Below are positions 48,501 through 64,000 of a DNA stretch of 64,000 nt, piece by piece. Origin of the DNA: Catajapyx aquilonaris (Eukaryota). Within the stretch, counting starts at the first letter, position 1. Each line of letters opens with the position of its first letter. Location: NCBI GenBank assembly GCA_000934665.2, contig JYFJ02001128.1, positions 1 to 64,000 of the forward strand, read 5' to 3'. The translations under genes were made by a program, and so were the position numbers. The notes beneath the pieces are model-generated. The model saw nothing but the letters and a program-made list of their open reading frames with translations. It was not told the DNA's origin and ran no database searches.

Positions 48501-51500
48501 CGATCCGCAAATAGGGTGCTGCAGGGAAGCCCCCCTTTTTATGCGGTCCCTAATGTCATAACATGGTCCGGTGAGTCATTGAATTTATCCAGCGGGTTTT
48601 TAGCTCTTGTTCCGTGACCGACTCACCATCAAGCAATGAACTGGCTCTGAAAGCAAATTTATTTAAGCCAATGAGGATGCACGTTACATGCTAATAAGCC
48701 AATCCAAGGATCAGCTAAATTTTTCCAGAACCAATTTACACTAAAAAATGTTCCTGGATAGTGAAGATGGCTAGCCTCGTGACCTCACCTCATTATAAAC
48801 TGACCTCAGGCGCATCAAGCCAAATATTGAGCCAATGAATAAAGGTGCTGGGAAGGGCGTGGTGGTGACGTCATTTCCGGCAACCGTGTGCTCCATGAAA
48901 TACTGCTGCCCAGCAACTCTGAAGTTTGAGCCGCACGAAACGGGCATAAATCGCCTCAAAAAAAAAACCTCCCACCTCATTTATTATTTTATCCCCTGCG
49001 AGTTTCGCAGCCTTCCAAAAAAGACAACCCAACATGCGTATATCGGTCTCCATTTTACTCTCCTAGGCTCTCTCTCCCCTTCTCTTCCTTTTTCCATCGA
49101 TCGACGCCTGCCGGCTACAGAAAGCGAAATCCCCTCTCGCCCCCCCTCTCATAATCATGAGAAGAAAACTGCCTTCTGCTTCTATCATGTGTACTCACTT
49201 ATTAAGCCCTGTGCAAGTAAGACGAATTGCCAAATAAAGACATTCTGAGCCAAACGGATAAAATGGCCTATCGCGTTATTCACCCCTCAGTGTAATTCCG
49301 TGTCGCAGTAATTGACCGTGCCATAATGTATAGGGCCAAACACGAACACTAGTGGACACATAAATTGGGACACTTGGCTGTAATGAAATCTAGCAGGCTG
49401 AGGGCTTGTTGCGAAATACCATACGAATTATCTGCCCTTTAATACGGCCAAAAAATGCGTTGCTCATTTCCAAATCTAACACAGCAGCAGCGTCACGAAC
49501 TTCATATTTAATATTATTCACATTCGTGCCAATAGTATCTCGCCTGTACAACAACCTGATAAAATGGCCTTCTCACTTTCTCACTTGAATTTTACAATAG
49601 TTTCACATGCCTGCAGGCTGTATCGTATAAAACGCTGAGTTCTCAACAGTCTGGAACATACACACAGCCAGCGAAAGAGAAAATGGCGAAAAATTCCTCA
49701 TGTTTGTATCCGCTTAAAAATAGTCGAGCTCTCTCATTTATTAATTACCTCCCTTTAAATTATCAACGAGCTGACCCTCTTTATTTTTTTGTGCGAAACC
49801 TGTCGAAACTATTCTTCAGCTTTATATGTGTCCTATTCAATTCCACGCCGTTTACTACAGGGCAAACTCGAGTTTGATCGTTCCAGTATCGACAAATGGT
49901 TGAATTTTCCCGTCGTCGCCCACCCTTAGGAATAATGTCACGCAAGAAGAGCTCTTCCTCCTGGGAGTCATGTGGCCATGGAGGCAGCACGGATCCGAAA
50001 TCCTTGACGAAGCTTCCTGTTCCTTTCAAGATGCAACGGGACCCGCTCGTTGGAAAAAAAAAGGCAAGCACAGACGAGTATACTGGAGAAGAAAATTCCC
50101 CTTCGCGATTAGGGAAACGTCTTGTCGTGTCTCATCAAGAAGCCTCGGCGCTCTGCATTGATTTATCTTCCGTCTCCTGCCACCATGGATACCAAACTAG
50201 GAAGATTGGGGAGAGAAAATTGATGGCCATCCAATTTAGTTTTAGAAGGGGACATATATTGCCACAGTTCAGGTGATTAATTCTCATTACGATTCGATAC
50301 AATCTGACCAGGCGCGCCATGAGGAAATAATTATCTAAAAAAAAATTAAAGATCTTCAGTGTGTGCTCAACGCAAGGATAATCACGGGCAAGGCCAGCCA
50401 GTGTCAGAAATACGGAACCAAAACACAAACAACATGAAGATAAGAAACCAGCTGAAACAACTTGGTGTCACGCTCCCGAGGAAGTTGAGAAACTTTGTAA
50501 AGTCCAGTCGCAACATTGGAATTGTCGCCATTTATTTTCCCTTGTGCTCCGTATTGAGTTGCGCTCGGCTGCAAATCGAAAGTGTAACCAATTGTGACTT
50601 ATTGGACACAAAGAATGCAGCCAACATCAACCGGTTTATAAGCCACACCAGTTTTATCTGTAGGAAATATCTAGATCTGATACATCCTGGGCGATAAACC
50701 AGCAGCATTTCCGGATGCCATACGCTGACACATCTATACAACAATGGAGCGCACATGTGGAAAAGCAGCTGGTAGATGAAACAGATCGTTTTATGCCAAG
50801 TTCATCGCCCATGGATGAGCCAAGAGTCACACCAACAGTGATCTCATCCTGGACCTGACGTGAGCAGTCGATATCCAGCCTTCTACGCCTTAATTACCTT
50901 CTTTGTGCCCCCGAAAAAAAAATTGCAGGACCGGCAACACGGAAGACTGTTACGTGGGAAGAGTGCAGCCTCTTTAGAGATGAATAACGACCTGAATTTA
51001 AGCCCTGGTTCCTTGAGATAATACTTGCTCTAGCCCATTTTCAGGATTATATTCCCCGGCACCATCACTCTTAACAATATCATCAAAATTCACCAAGGAA
51101 ACGTGCTCTTTCGGCTTCCCTCCAACAGAACCGAAAATTGCACACACAGAGCGTATAAAGGTAGCAGGTCACTAATTAGGTCAGCGCACTGGGACGACAT
51201 CAAGTGTAATTTTAGACCCATGTGGGCAGGCTTGTAAGGCATGAATGTTTCAGGAAGTTGGCCGCACGCCTGTGCTCCTAACGACGCCTACGCTACCCTC
51301 AACTCCGCATCAATAATTTCGCACATTAAAAAAAAGAACTAACGTTAATTAACGCCTTTCATATACACATCGCCGATAATCGACCGTCTGAAAAAAATGC
51401 CAAATTTTCATCATTATTATGGCCAAATGCTGCAGTACATTGCACCGGAAGAATGAACATTCACATGCCTGCCTCCCTACAATTTTTTTAAAACTGTTTT

Positions 51501-54500
51501 TTTTTAAAATTGAAGGAAGTACTTGAGAGGCTCCAGACATTTCGGTGCCTATATAGAGCTAGGATGATGCCCTTCATAAATATCCGGTTCCAGCATCCAG
51601 CAGGGAAGGGAAACCATTTTCCCTTTTTCCCATATAGGTGCAGCAGGGGCTACACAGCTCTCTGTTGGATGGGGAGAGTTGGTGCTGGGGGGAAAGGGGC
51701 TTGGTTGGTTGGATGGGGGGTGAGATAGATCGATCGCAACATGCGCGAGCAAAGCCATGGTTTTCGGAGGATGGGGGAGGGCACTGCTCTGATGCTGGCC
51801 ATGGTGGGTGGTAGGGTGGTAGAAATGGGGGGATGTCACCGACCCACAGCACTAATTCGACATTTATCGCACTCATTTTCCGGAAGTACTTCAATGCACA
51901 CCGAGAGATGAGATGGTCATGTCCTGTATCTGAACAAACTGGCTGTCATTATAGTTTGTAGTACAGTATAGTGACTCACAAGGTCAGTAAAACATATTAC
52001 GAACAACCTTAATGCGTCTAGCAATCAGACTCAAATCATCCGTGTAAGTCTCCTTCACGCTTCACTAATTGCAATCACGATGCATGTAGGTCATTACCCT
52101 GCTTCCGATGGTGGTCCACTGTCCAGAGGCCAGACCAACAAAGGGTTGCGTCTCCTTAAACCGGTCCTTCCCCTTTTGAACTGTGACACCCTGTGATGTA
52201 TAGCTTATGTGCAGGCCACCCTCAGAAATCAACGACCGCCAATTCATACAAGCTGTCAAACTCAGCTGCTGCGTTACCTCATCCTAATGTTATCCATGTC
52301 TAAACCTCAAGGCAGAGAAGGGGGGGCCAAATATTTTAACGCGTTTGTTATGTCACCGTGCGCGTATTGCCTGCGATTACTCATCGTCATTGCCAAAAAA
52401 AAATAGCTTGTTTTCGGGAAGGTCGCGAGTCTCATATCTACACGCCCTATCTCAAGCCTGGCACCGACTGTCGTGAAAAAATTCCTCCAATGGACATTGC
52501 ACCCACATTATTATTTTTATTTCATGAACTAAGACCCATAAGTGAATCAGCTTTACTGATTCATTTACTCGAGGACGTCATTTTTTCCTCGACCTTACGA
52601 ACTCTGGATAAGGCCTCAGCTGCAGCAGCAGACGCCCAGCATGCTCTGGGGAACAAATATTGACACGGACAACACGGGTAATACAAAGAGGGACTCTGTT
52701 CCGGAGACAAAAGCCGCCGGTCTATTTGCTCCCTGGTGGAAACCCACCCCCACCATACTAAATTCAGTCGAGTCTTTTTTTTCCCCCTATTTCCTGGACG
52801 CATCACTTACAGTCCTGTCAGTCAACATGGTTACCCAAGAGATACATCTCATTAGCTGATTAGACCCCACAATGAACGGGGGAAGTCCCATCATAATAGC
52901 CTGAGTGCACAGTGGGTGGCTATATAAATTCCGCCCAATTAATTTAACTATGTGCAACATTTCCGGAAATCAGTGGGATTCATCTATTTTTTAAAAAAAA
53001 TAGTTCTCGGCGAGATCAGGTTCCATAATACAAGATCGAGCCCATATCCTTGCCCCTCAACAAGATTCGGATTGCCTTTTCTCTAATTCATTCGGCTTCT
53101 TCCGGATTACGCCGAAAACCCCAGAGCCCATGAAGAATGCAGCACATCCCGGCCAAAGGAGGCTTCATACGTGCAGAATAAGGAGCGGAACCTTCGCTTT
53201 ACCTGTAAATAACGGGCTATCGAACGGAAACCAAGGTGCGTGCACGCATTTCTCCGTGACTCACACGCGTGATTGGGTTTAATGGAGAACCATCCCTTCC
53301 TTCCCCCTTCACTTTTGCAAGGGAATGAAAAATATCCTCTATACAACAGGAACAGAAAAAAAGAAGAGGAAACCATCAAGAAGGGTCAATGGACCAATGG
53401 CCTCTTTCCCCCCACAATCCAGTCCAAAAAATTTTGGGATTCTGTAGATGTCGCGGATGTCGTTCTTCCCTTTTAGTGTCAAGGTTTCCTGGAATTTTTT
53501 CCCCTTTTCCAGGGCGTTCCAGGGTGCAAATCCGGGAAGGGCCTCAATAAGGACGGAAGTTGGGGAGGGGAAAGAGAGTGGGTAAATTAGACCCAGCTTG
53601 AGGGATAGTAAAAATTTTACGGTCACTCAAGGCGTTGGAAAAGAAGCACAGTGAAAATTGTGGAGCCTAACACGTGCATGGAGCTGGATTTAAAAGGAGT
53701 GGTCTGTAAATATCACGCATCCAGCCACTTTGGCAAAAATATTTTAGACGTAGAGCATTTTAAAAGGAAACTTTTAATATAGCTAATTTTGACGTAACAT
53801 ATTTGCGACCAAACCTGTTGTTGATTGTCATGTTCACAAGTGGTTTTAGAGCACTATTTATGTACTAGTACGGGCTGAGTTATTACCCAGCTGGATCGCG
53901 TACTCTTAAAATAGCATGACAATCCTGCGAGTGTCATTAACACACAGCACTTACAAGTGGCAATGACACTGGTTGTCAACGTGAATTCTGTAATAGGACA
54001 GGACAAGTGCGTTGCACATGTTTCAGGCGTATGTGAGTAGCGAATTGCTGTTAACTACCAGGTAAATAGAGTAATTACTGTCAAGACTGCCAGCGAAGCC
54101 TTTTCCTCCTGTGCTTCAACCCGGCATAAATTCTTCATTTCAAAGCCTCCCCCCCAAGTTTCTGTAAACCACCCTAGTTAATCCATCATTCATGATTTGC
54201 AGCAACTGCGGGGGGAAAACCTCCGCAAAATGAGTAAGGGTTGACTATGATTTTTGTGGACCACCCTGCCGCGTGTTATAAATTCTGAAAGGGCGCATAA
54301 TCTCCCCTCAGCATGGCTCCCAAAGAGGTGACGTAATGTAAACCGCAACATGGCAGAGATCCCACTTCCGAATTGACACTCAGAGTCACTTGGCTCTTAC
54401 AGCACATACAAGGACGGGTCATAACACTCGGTACCAAACAAGTGCGCCAAAAATGTCCAGATATCAAGATGTCTGGATTGAATGGCTGCCCGGAAAGGAG

Positions 54501-57500
54501 TTATTAATTTTTAGGGGAAGGTCTCCACGGGTCTCTCCCCTCTTCATTCAAGTTCTGGTCGGTATCGAACCCCCAACCAGTGAAGCCGTTATACACACAC
54601 ACACTAGGTCTGGCAGATGAAATGTCTGGCTTAGGTCCAAGTGCCAATGACACGTCCGCCTTTTCAACGCCATGGCTCAATATGAAGGATCGGGTGGCCA
54701 ACATGCTGTCACCGTGGGGAGGTCCTGATTTCATATCGACATCCAGCACAATGCTCCGCAAAATGCCATTCCTATCAATGTGCACATGCCGGTCAAAAAA
54801 GGTTGAGAATTTCTAATAATTATTAAAATGATCGGTTCCATACAAGTTAACCCTAATTTTGCGGCATACCCTGTAGATATCGGGGGCAAAGGTGTGGAAT
54901 GCTGAATTGCCAATTCCATATATTCTTAGAGCGCAGTCGCTGTCGTGGCGACGACAAAAATATTTCAAATAATTACTCACTTTTTTTAAAAAAACAAAAA
55001 GGAGGTGGACTCACCCTCGAAGCTAAGAAAGTGGTAAAAACAGGCGCGATAATTTGCATACTCTCTTTGTAACCTACTTATCAGCAGGTGCTGGATTACT
55101 AAGGCGGTTCGTAATCAGACGGGCGTGAATTGGAACGCATCGCAGGCTAGATCTACCTCTTTTTTTCTCCTTCTGCGGCCATTGAACAATGCGTTTGGAC
55201 CTCCCTTCCTCTCTACATGCCAATCGATCCATTCCCCCCTCAAATGTTGACGCTGGAGTAAAATGAGTGAAAGGTAGTGAATGGAGACTCTTTTTTTGGT
55301 CCCATCGCCGCTGAAGAGGACCACCAGGGGAATTTTAAAAGGTTTCTGGCATATTGAGTGCAGGAACACCAGTTAAGTGTCAGCACACAGAATTAATTCA
55401 GAAGCTAGCTAAACACAAAACGAGCGGAAGTCAGAAAGGCAGACAGTATTTTTTTAAAAGACATTTTAGGTGCAGAATAGGTGAACACCCACAAAATAAT
55501 GTCCAGTAAAAAAAAGATTAACGAACGGTACATGTAACTGCAAAAAAAATATTTTTACAGTCCATCCGATATTCCGCCACATTCCTCTGCGTTTATAGAT
55601 AACAAGCACGATTTTAATGTGTCTAGGTAACACCAGCTGAAAAAAAAACTTGATAATGACACACCTACGGTTCAAAACGTAGCAGCCGTAACTGTACATT
55701 GCCACATCAGTTGTATATAAAAAAAATCCACCTAAAAATTGGGTACATGCCGAATTATTACTTTTCTGCAACTGCAGCCCAGCAGTCATCCAAAATTACT
55801 ACTGTATGTTCTGCTGCAACGGGAATATGTAAAATATGCATATTTTTGCCCTTCAATAAAGAATCAACCTTGCAGCTTTGCCTGGAGCTGATCTCCGGCT
55901 GCACGGACAAATTCCATCGTAACAAAAAACAGGAAGTGACTGGTTACCGCAAAAAAAAAAATTGAGCCTCCGAATTGCAATTCAAACACTGCGCACCATA
56001 GGGATTCCCTCAAGGTCACGTATACAGGTGTATTAAATATATACAATTTAATCGCAATTCAGATTTCGCAACCGCAGGGTTCATTTCCCTCTACCATTAT
56101 TATTAACAATTTTTTTGTCAGCTCTTTATCTGGCCACAGATAAAGACACAATTTCCCAGATTGGAATGAAGCGAAAATCCTGCGGAACTAAACTGGATTG
56201 CATGTTGGCCAGTCGTTTTGGTCCAAGTTTTTTTTTCTTCTTCTGTTGGCTCCTGTAATTTTATCTGCGATACTCAACGTGCTCTGATAGGTTTAAATGC
56301 TACTCTTTCGCGCTTGTTCTCGGAAAGGAGGAAAAAAGAAAAGAAGTTGACAGCTCCCTTGCGTGAGTCCCAGCCCCAAAGCAATGGAGGCGATGGGGGA
56401 CACAAAATGGTCGATATTTCTCGGAGTGACCAAAAATTACAGTAAGTGTATAGGACACCCTGTAACCAATTTAACTGCCGTACTTTAAATCTAAAAACCA
56501 ATTGTTTTGCATGATTTATTTTACATAACTATAAGTGCAGAACCAACTCTCGATGCTATGCAACAACCGTAATTACAACTCCATACGCTGATGGTATCAA
56601 TGGTATTGCGTGTCGAATGCCACTCTAATTATTCCCAGTTAATTTACTAGGGGCTCAATTAAATCCCATGAACAAGTAACACGCAAACTCTGCCCTCATT
56701 TTATTTTTCAAGCCCATTCCAACAAAACCTTGTTTACATAAATACTAAAACCTATTTCACAGTGCCAAGGCGTGGCAGGAAATTACACCCCCCCCCCCTT
56801 AAAAAAAACAGTCCTGGCATGTTTATTACATGGACAAAAGGCAAAAAGGAAGCCAAACGAAATTACTAGGCGCTGGATTTAAGACAATGGTCGGCTCATT
56901 TGTTTGTCATGTCTCATCCGGAGTCATGAAAGTCAAGAAGTCCGAGAGCCCCTCTCTGAATCGCGAAATAGGAGCGTTGCACTCTGTGGTGTTGAACCGC
57001 CACAATTATTTTCAACTAGTTTCAATTGCATTTTATCAACATACTGTCCTGTCCGGTCAGGCAAACGACCCTGCACCAGTTGGCCCAGCTAAACCAGGCC
57101 TATCTAATTTTAAAACTTTTGGCACACTCTGTAAGGATCCAAAAGGTAAAAACCGGGACAAGGTTAATCCATTCATCAACCCGGAGTCATGAAACAATAA
57201 TGAACCATCAAATCCTTCCAGTTTCATACATTTAATCACTGTACACACTATTTACTCACAGCGCACAGTTGCAACGAGATAAGGCCAAGTTCACGTACCT
57301 TAAGCCCTACTTAATTTTTTTTTTTTTTTTTTTCGTGTCTTGGTCGCATCTGCCATTCTTCACGCAACAACCCAGCAGCCTTTTAATAGCCGGTTCGTGA
57401 TTACTAACTGGGAATTTGTTGGTACACACAAGACCGTGTTACTGGCTGCGTTTATTTCGGAAACCCAGAGATCACGAACTTGGCAAATGGCGTGACCGCA

Positions 57501-59705
57501 AAACCGGAGTCGGATAACCTTTTTTGCAAATTCATCCTGTAGACTAGTCTACGAGTAATTATTGTGAGCAATGTTCTGTTTCAAGTACAGGCACAGAATA
57601 ATTTAAATACTGAATCGAAAAATTGGCAATCCAGCAGTTCACCTGATTGGAAGGTTGCTTTGCATGATGCCCCTCCCCAAGCACACAGAATATCAAAGGA
57701 AGCCAAAATTCTGCTCCCAAAAGTTCTGGGAATAGAAACGATCTTGAGGTATTGATCTTAAACGTGAAAGTTCGAGCTGGGTAGATTCTTCAGCCAAAAT
57801 TCGCGCTGGCCCGACTCAAATTACGGGCTTGGGATGTCTTTAGTTGGTCGGAGAAAACTCCCGGGTGTGGAAGAAAATGGCCACGCTTCTGCTTCATTGC
57901 CGACTTTCTTCGCCCTTTGGTGAAAGCGACCGATTCCCGAAAAAAAAAAGTCGTTAGCACCAAACAACACAGAGTTCGAACGACCTTATTTCCTACTTGT
58001 CAGGTAATAATGAGACCGAAAATCCGCCAATATGCTAAATTTTTTAAAAGGTTTGCAAACGAGACCAATCAGCACTATAGTTATGGAAAAAAAAGTAGTG
58101 AGTCACGGCAGATAGAGTGCGATCAACTCCTCATAATATGTGTCGTCCTTCACTATCTTTTCTGAGAAAATGACGTGGGACGAATAACTTGAATGGTCAC
58201 TTCCTCTTTGCAGAATGAAACTCGCACTTAATTTCCGCAAAAGATGTACACGACACGCTCCATATCCTGCAACAATTGAGATTTTTTTTTTCTTCAATTC
58301 CTCCAACTATAAAAAATGGGGGTAATTAACCCACCTGTTAGACGGCACAATACAGCTCATTTTTAAAAGGGGCCTAAAATATTTAGAAAATGGCCTAAAA
58401 TTTTTGTTATGTCACGCACATTGTTCAGGTGCAGCGTAAAAAAAAATCGGAACTGAATCAACATTTCCCACATGCTCTGGTTGCTGACGTCAGCCACACT
58501 ATACTAATTAGCCCACCATGAGATTGCATCTCATCACTTTTATTGCGGATGAGGAAGCAAAAGAAGGGCCTCTTTTTTTTCTCTCTGTGCCCTCTTGCTG
58601 ACCCTAAAAAATTTTGGTCACAAGAAAAACCGTTCAGGAAGGACACAACCTGCAATATGCAAAGCAACTTTCGCTTCTTTTTTTTTATTAAAGAAAAAAA
58701 AATCGGAACAATAGGGTGCATGCAATGCAATTTCTAAACCTGACAAGAAAACACGTCTTGGAATCACATTTTTAGTCCAAAATTCTGGTTCGGCAAAATC
58801 CATGGCTCTAATCTAAGCTTCCTGTCACGTAATATCGGAGAAGAAAAAAAAAAAGAAAAAGGAGGGCCGGATTTTTTTTTTTTTTTTTAAAAAAAAGAGA
58901 AGGGTTTGGAAGCAGTTTGCAGCATCTCTGGAGATATCGGGCGTATGCAAATGAGGTCGATAAGTCGAAGTACTTTTCCATATAGCAACGCTTTGTGATG
59001 CATCTTCCAGACGGTGCCGCGAGGTTTCTTTTTTATTACCATTATTTATCCATGCATGTAAGAGAGCTTACAACATTGCGTAATTGCACCGACAATTCTG
59101 GCCATGTTGTAATATACGGTCAATATAATGGCAAATTGCATGACATGGCTGACATATGCTGTAATGACACACTCCATTTGTGTTACCCGGCCACCAAATA
59201 TCAAACAAATCAGGTCAACAGTATTGTTTGCCTTCAGGGCAATGTGGCCTCAAAAAAATCAAGACTGTTCAATCGGCAGTTATGCGAAAGCATGCATTTC
59301 GCAAGTATGTAAAAAAAATTTGCGCGCAATAAAAATATATAAAGAGGAGGCTGTACGTCCCACATTCCGTCCTGCAGCAACCTTGAAAAGCATGTGAGTG
59401 AAGCTCACGCACACGTGTTCCGTCTGCCCCGCATATTTTTGCACAAAAATTTGCGAATACGCTGAATCGTACTGGCAGCCATTTTTAAACTCCCCGGCCT
59501 CTCTCTCTCTCATAATGTCCTAATGTGACACCCCCTAATGAATGGCAAGATTGTCCACTCCAGCAAGTTGCTGGGGTCAACAATCAATATCTATGCAACT
59601 ATAATATAGCCTTTCTGCTGCTGCTGCTCTCATTGTTGGGCCAATATTGTACACTGGTGTGTACTCACCAACGCCGTATTTTTTGCTCCTTGTTTGTGTC
59701 CACAT
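24588..59705 (-). CDS. spg: Dedicator of cytokinesis, DOCK-B class (DOCK3/DOCK4, sponge-like) GEF, about 31 exons
   Basis: Exon 1 59705-59669 (MWTQTRSKKYGV). SH3 exons 45568-45485, 44521-44481, 43124-43069; then 42232-42136, 42064-41916, 33721-33637 and onward. DHR-1/C2 (YHHNSPHWTETIRLAVP; LCSTKLTQN), DHR-2 (YFRVGFYG; LSMRLQGTIDANVMGG) and a proline-rich tail. Last exon 24932-24588. Confidence 0.95.
25188..25258. mobile_element. Short fold-back / MITE remnant in the last DOCK intron
   Basis: tgcagggtgagtcaaaact ... agttctgactccccctgca, 19-bp imperfect inverted repeat with CAGGGTG ends. Confidence 0.55.
25382..25660. mobile_element. Degenerate inverted-repeat element (MITE-like)
   Basis: cactgtactagccaaccaaagattctggc (~25410) pairs with gccagaatgaatggttggccagtagtcagtg (~25604). 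Confidence 0.5.
28137..28384 (-). other. U12-type (minor spliceosome) GT-AG intron of the DOCK gene
   Basis: Donor T|GTATCCTTTT at 28384; branch site TCCTTAAC at 28155-28148, 11 nt before the 3' junction; no long pyrimidine tract. Splicing gives GQ-Y-IQICNVKP. Confidence 0.92.
36579..38269 (+). CDS. Inx3: Innexin 3-like, copy a (381 aa), nested antisense in DOCK intron 6
   Basis: Exons 36579-36951 and 37497-38269. DKAVIDNAVFRLHYR, YYQWVP, FPRVTKCTFHKFGPSG, LALNILNEKIYIFLWFW; N-terminus is Inx3-like. 5'UTR intron ~36514-36554. Confidence 0.93.
37079..37159. repeat. 81-bp near-perfect palindrome in the Inx3a intron
   Basis: 40-bp arms, 2 mismatches, 1-nt centre (37119). Confidence 0.95.
39563..39634 (+). 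promoter_or_regulatory. TATA-like box and non-coding first exon of Inx3b
   Basis: TATATA at ~39563, CCAGTT about 30 nt downstream, donor CAG|GTAAGT at 39635, acceptor cttcag at 39899. Confidence 0.6.
39926..41365 (+). CDS. Inx3: Innexin 3-like, copy b (395 aa), nested antisense in DOCK intron 6
   Basis: Exons 39926-40292 and 40545-41365. Same intron position and phase as copy a; innexin motifs intact; C-terminal SAPSFEALNR; AATAAA at ~41399. Confidence 0.9.
56023..56464. mobile_element. Possible decayed Tc1/mariner-type non-autonomous element
   Basis: Right end ggacaccctgta (TACAGGGTGTCC-type terminus); left end tacaggtgt matches only weakly. Confidence 0.35.
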
Positions 59706-60422
59706 TGTTGTCCTTTCCCCGTGTCCTCTTTGTTGCTGGATTTTTTGGTCTGTAGATCCGGATATGACCACCGGTTTACTTCACATCTCACTCACATTCC
59801 TTGCCATGGGGTTGTTGGAACTTTGTGTACCCAGGGGTAAGGGTTTCTATAAATGGGTGAGGAGGGGTTGGGTAAAAACCCGGCGAGTTTAACGGTACTT
59901 TGTTGGGGGATTGAGAGCCAGGCAGCCCCCCTGTTGATCCACTTCCCTCATCCCAACACTGGACTACTACTGAGACTGACTCGATTTACTGAATGGACCG
60001 CCACACCGACAGAGTGGCGCCCCTGTTGCTCAGACAAGCTTGGAAACAACAAGGTTGTCAGGAAATTCTGAGAGGGCCTGCAGAGTATTCTACAGAATCT
60101 TGCTGCTGGTATACACCTACAAACTCCCCCAAAAAATATAACGTGGTCAGGGTGTAAGAAAACTAATTATCAAACTTGACAACATCTACTTCATCTCTAC
60201 ACCCACTCACTCAATGGCAACATATTTTGACATTTTTGTTTCTTGTGAGAACCATTTGTCCTGCCGATTTTACACTCGCAGTGAGAGCACGGTTTGGAGC
60301 TTCGCAGCGCAAACCGGAACAAGACTAGCGTGCACGCTAAGTATGCCTGCCGTGATCACTAATCCTCAGGATTTTTTTACACTCATTTTTTAATCATCCA
60401 TATAATTTGTTTTAAATATCTT

Positions 60423-63991
<3,569 letters not shown>

Positions 63992-64000
63992 CTAGATAGT

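Noticed and set aside
45636..59668. Many short ORFs in the 14-kb DOCK intron 1
   Set aside because: Low-complexity, homopolymer-rich and without domains; no nested gene could be supported.

Overview
Eukaryotic, intron-rich arthropod (probably insect) genomic DNA; the ORF track mostly shows single exons or shadow ORFs. (1) 1-22.5 kb: minus-strand tandem array of 11 secreted dual-domain C-type lectin loci, labelled A-K from right to left. Eight look intact, one has a frameshift, one is a pseudogene and one is truncated at the window edge; there are also two relics. The array shows a hypervariable domain-1 sugar site, a mostly QPD/EPD+WND domain 2, a Cys-rich linker exon, mosaic exon sharing, two separate intron losses and a shared DR2-like + GATA upstream module. 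It is interrupted at 17.5-19.3 kb by an opposite-strand spliced gene for a 90-aa secreted 8-Cys peptide that I do not recognise, a ~150-bp tandem repeat and a perfect 46-bp hairpin. (2) 24.6-59.7 kb: a complete minus-strand DOCK3/4 (sponge-like) GEF gene of about 31 exons, with a U12-type intron and two tandem Inx3-like innexin genes nested antisense in intron 6. (3) 60.4-64 kb: 3' part of Dld, with a fold-back mariner relic in an intron. Several near-perfect, almost spacer-less palindromes recur across the window. All gene models were read by eye from splice signals and homology, so coordinates marked ~ are approximate.
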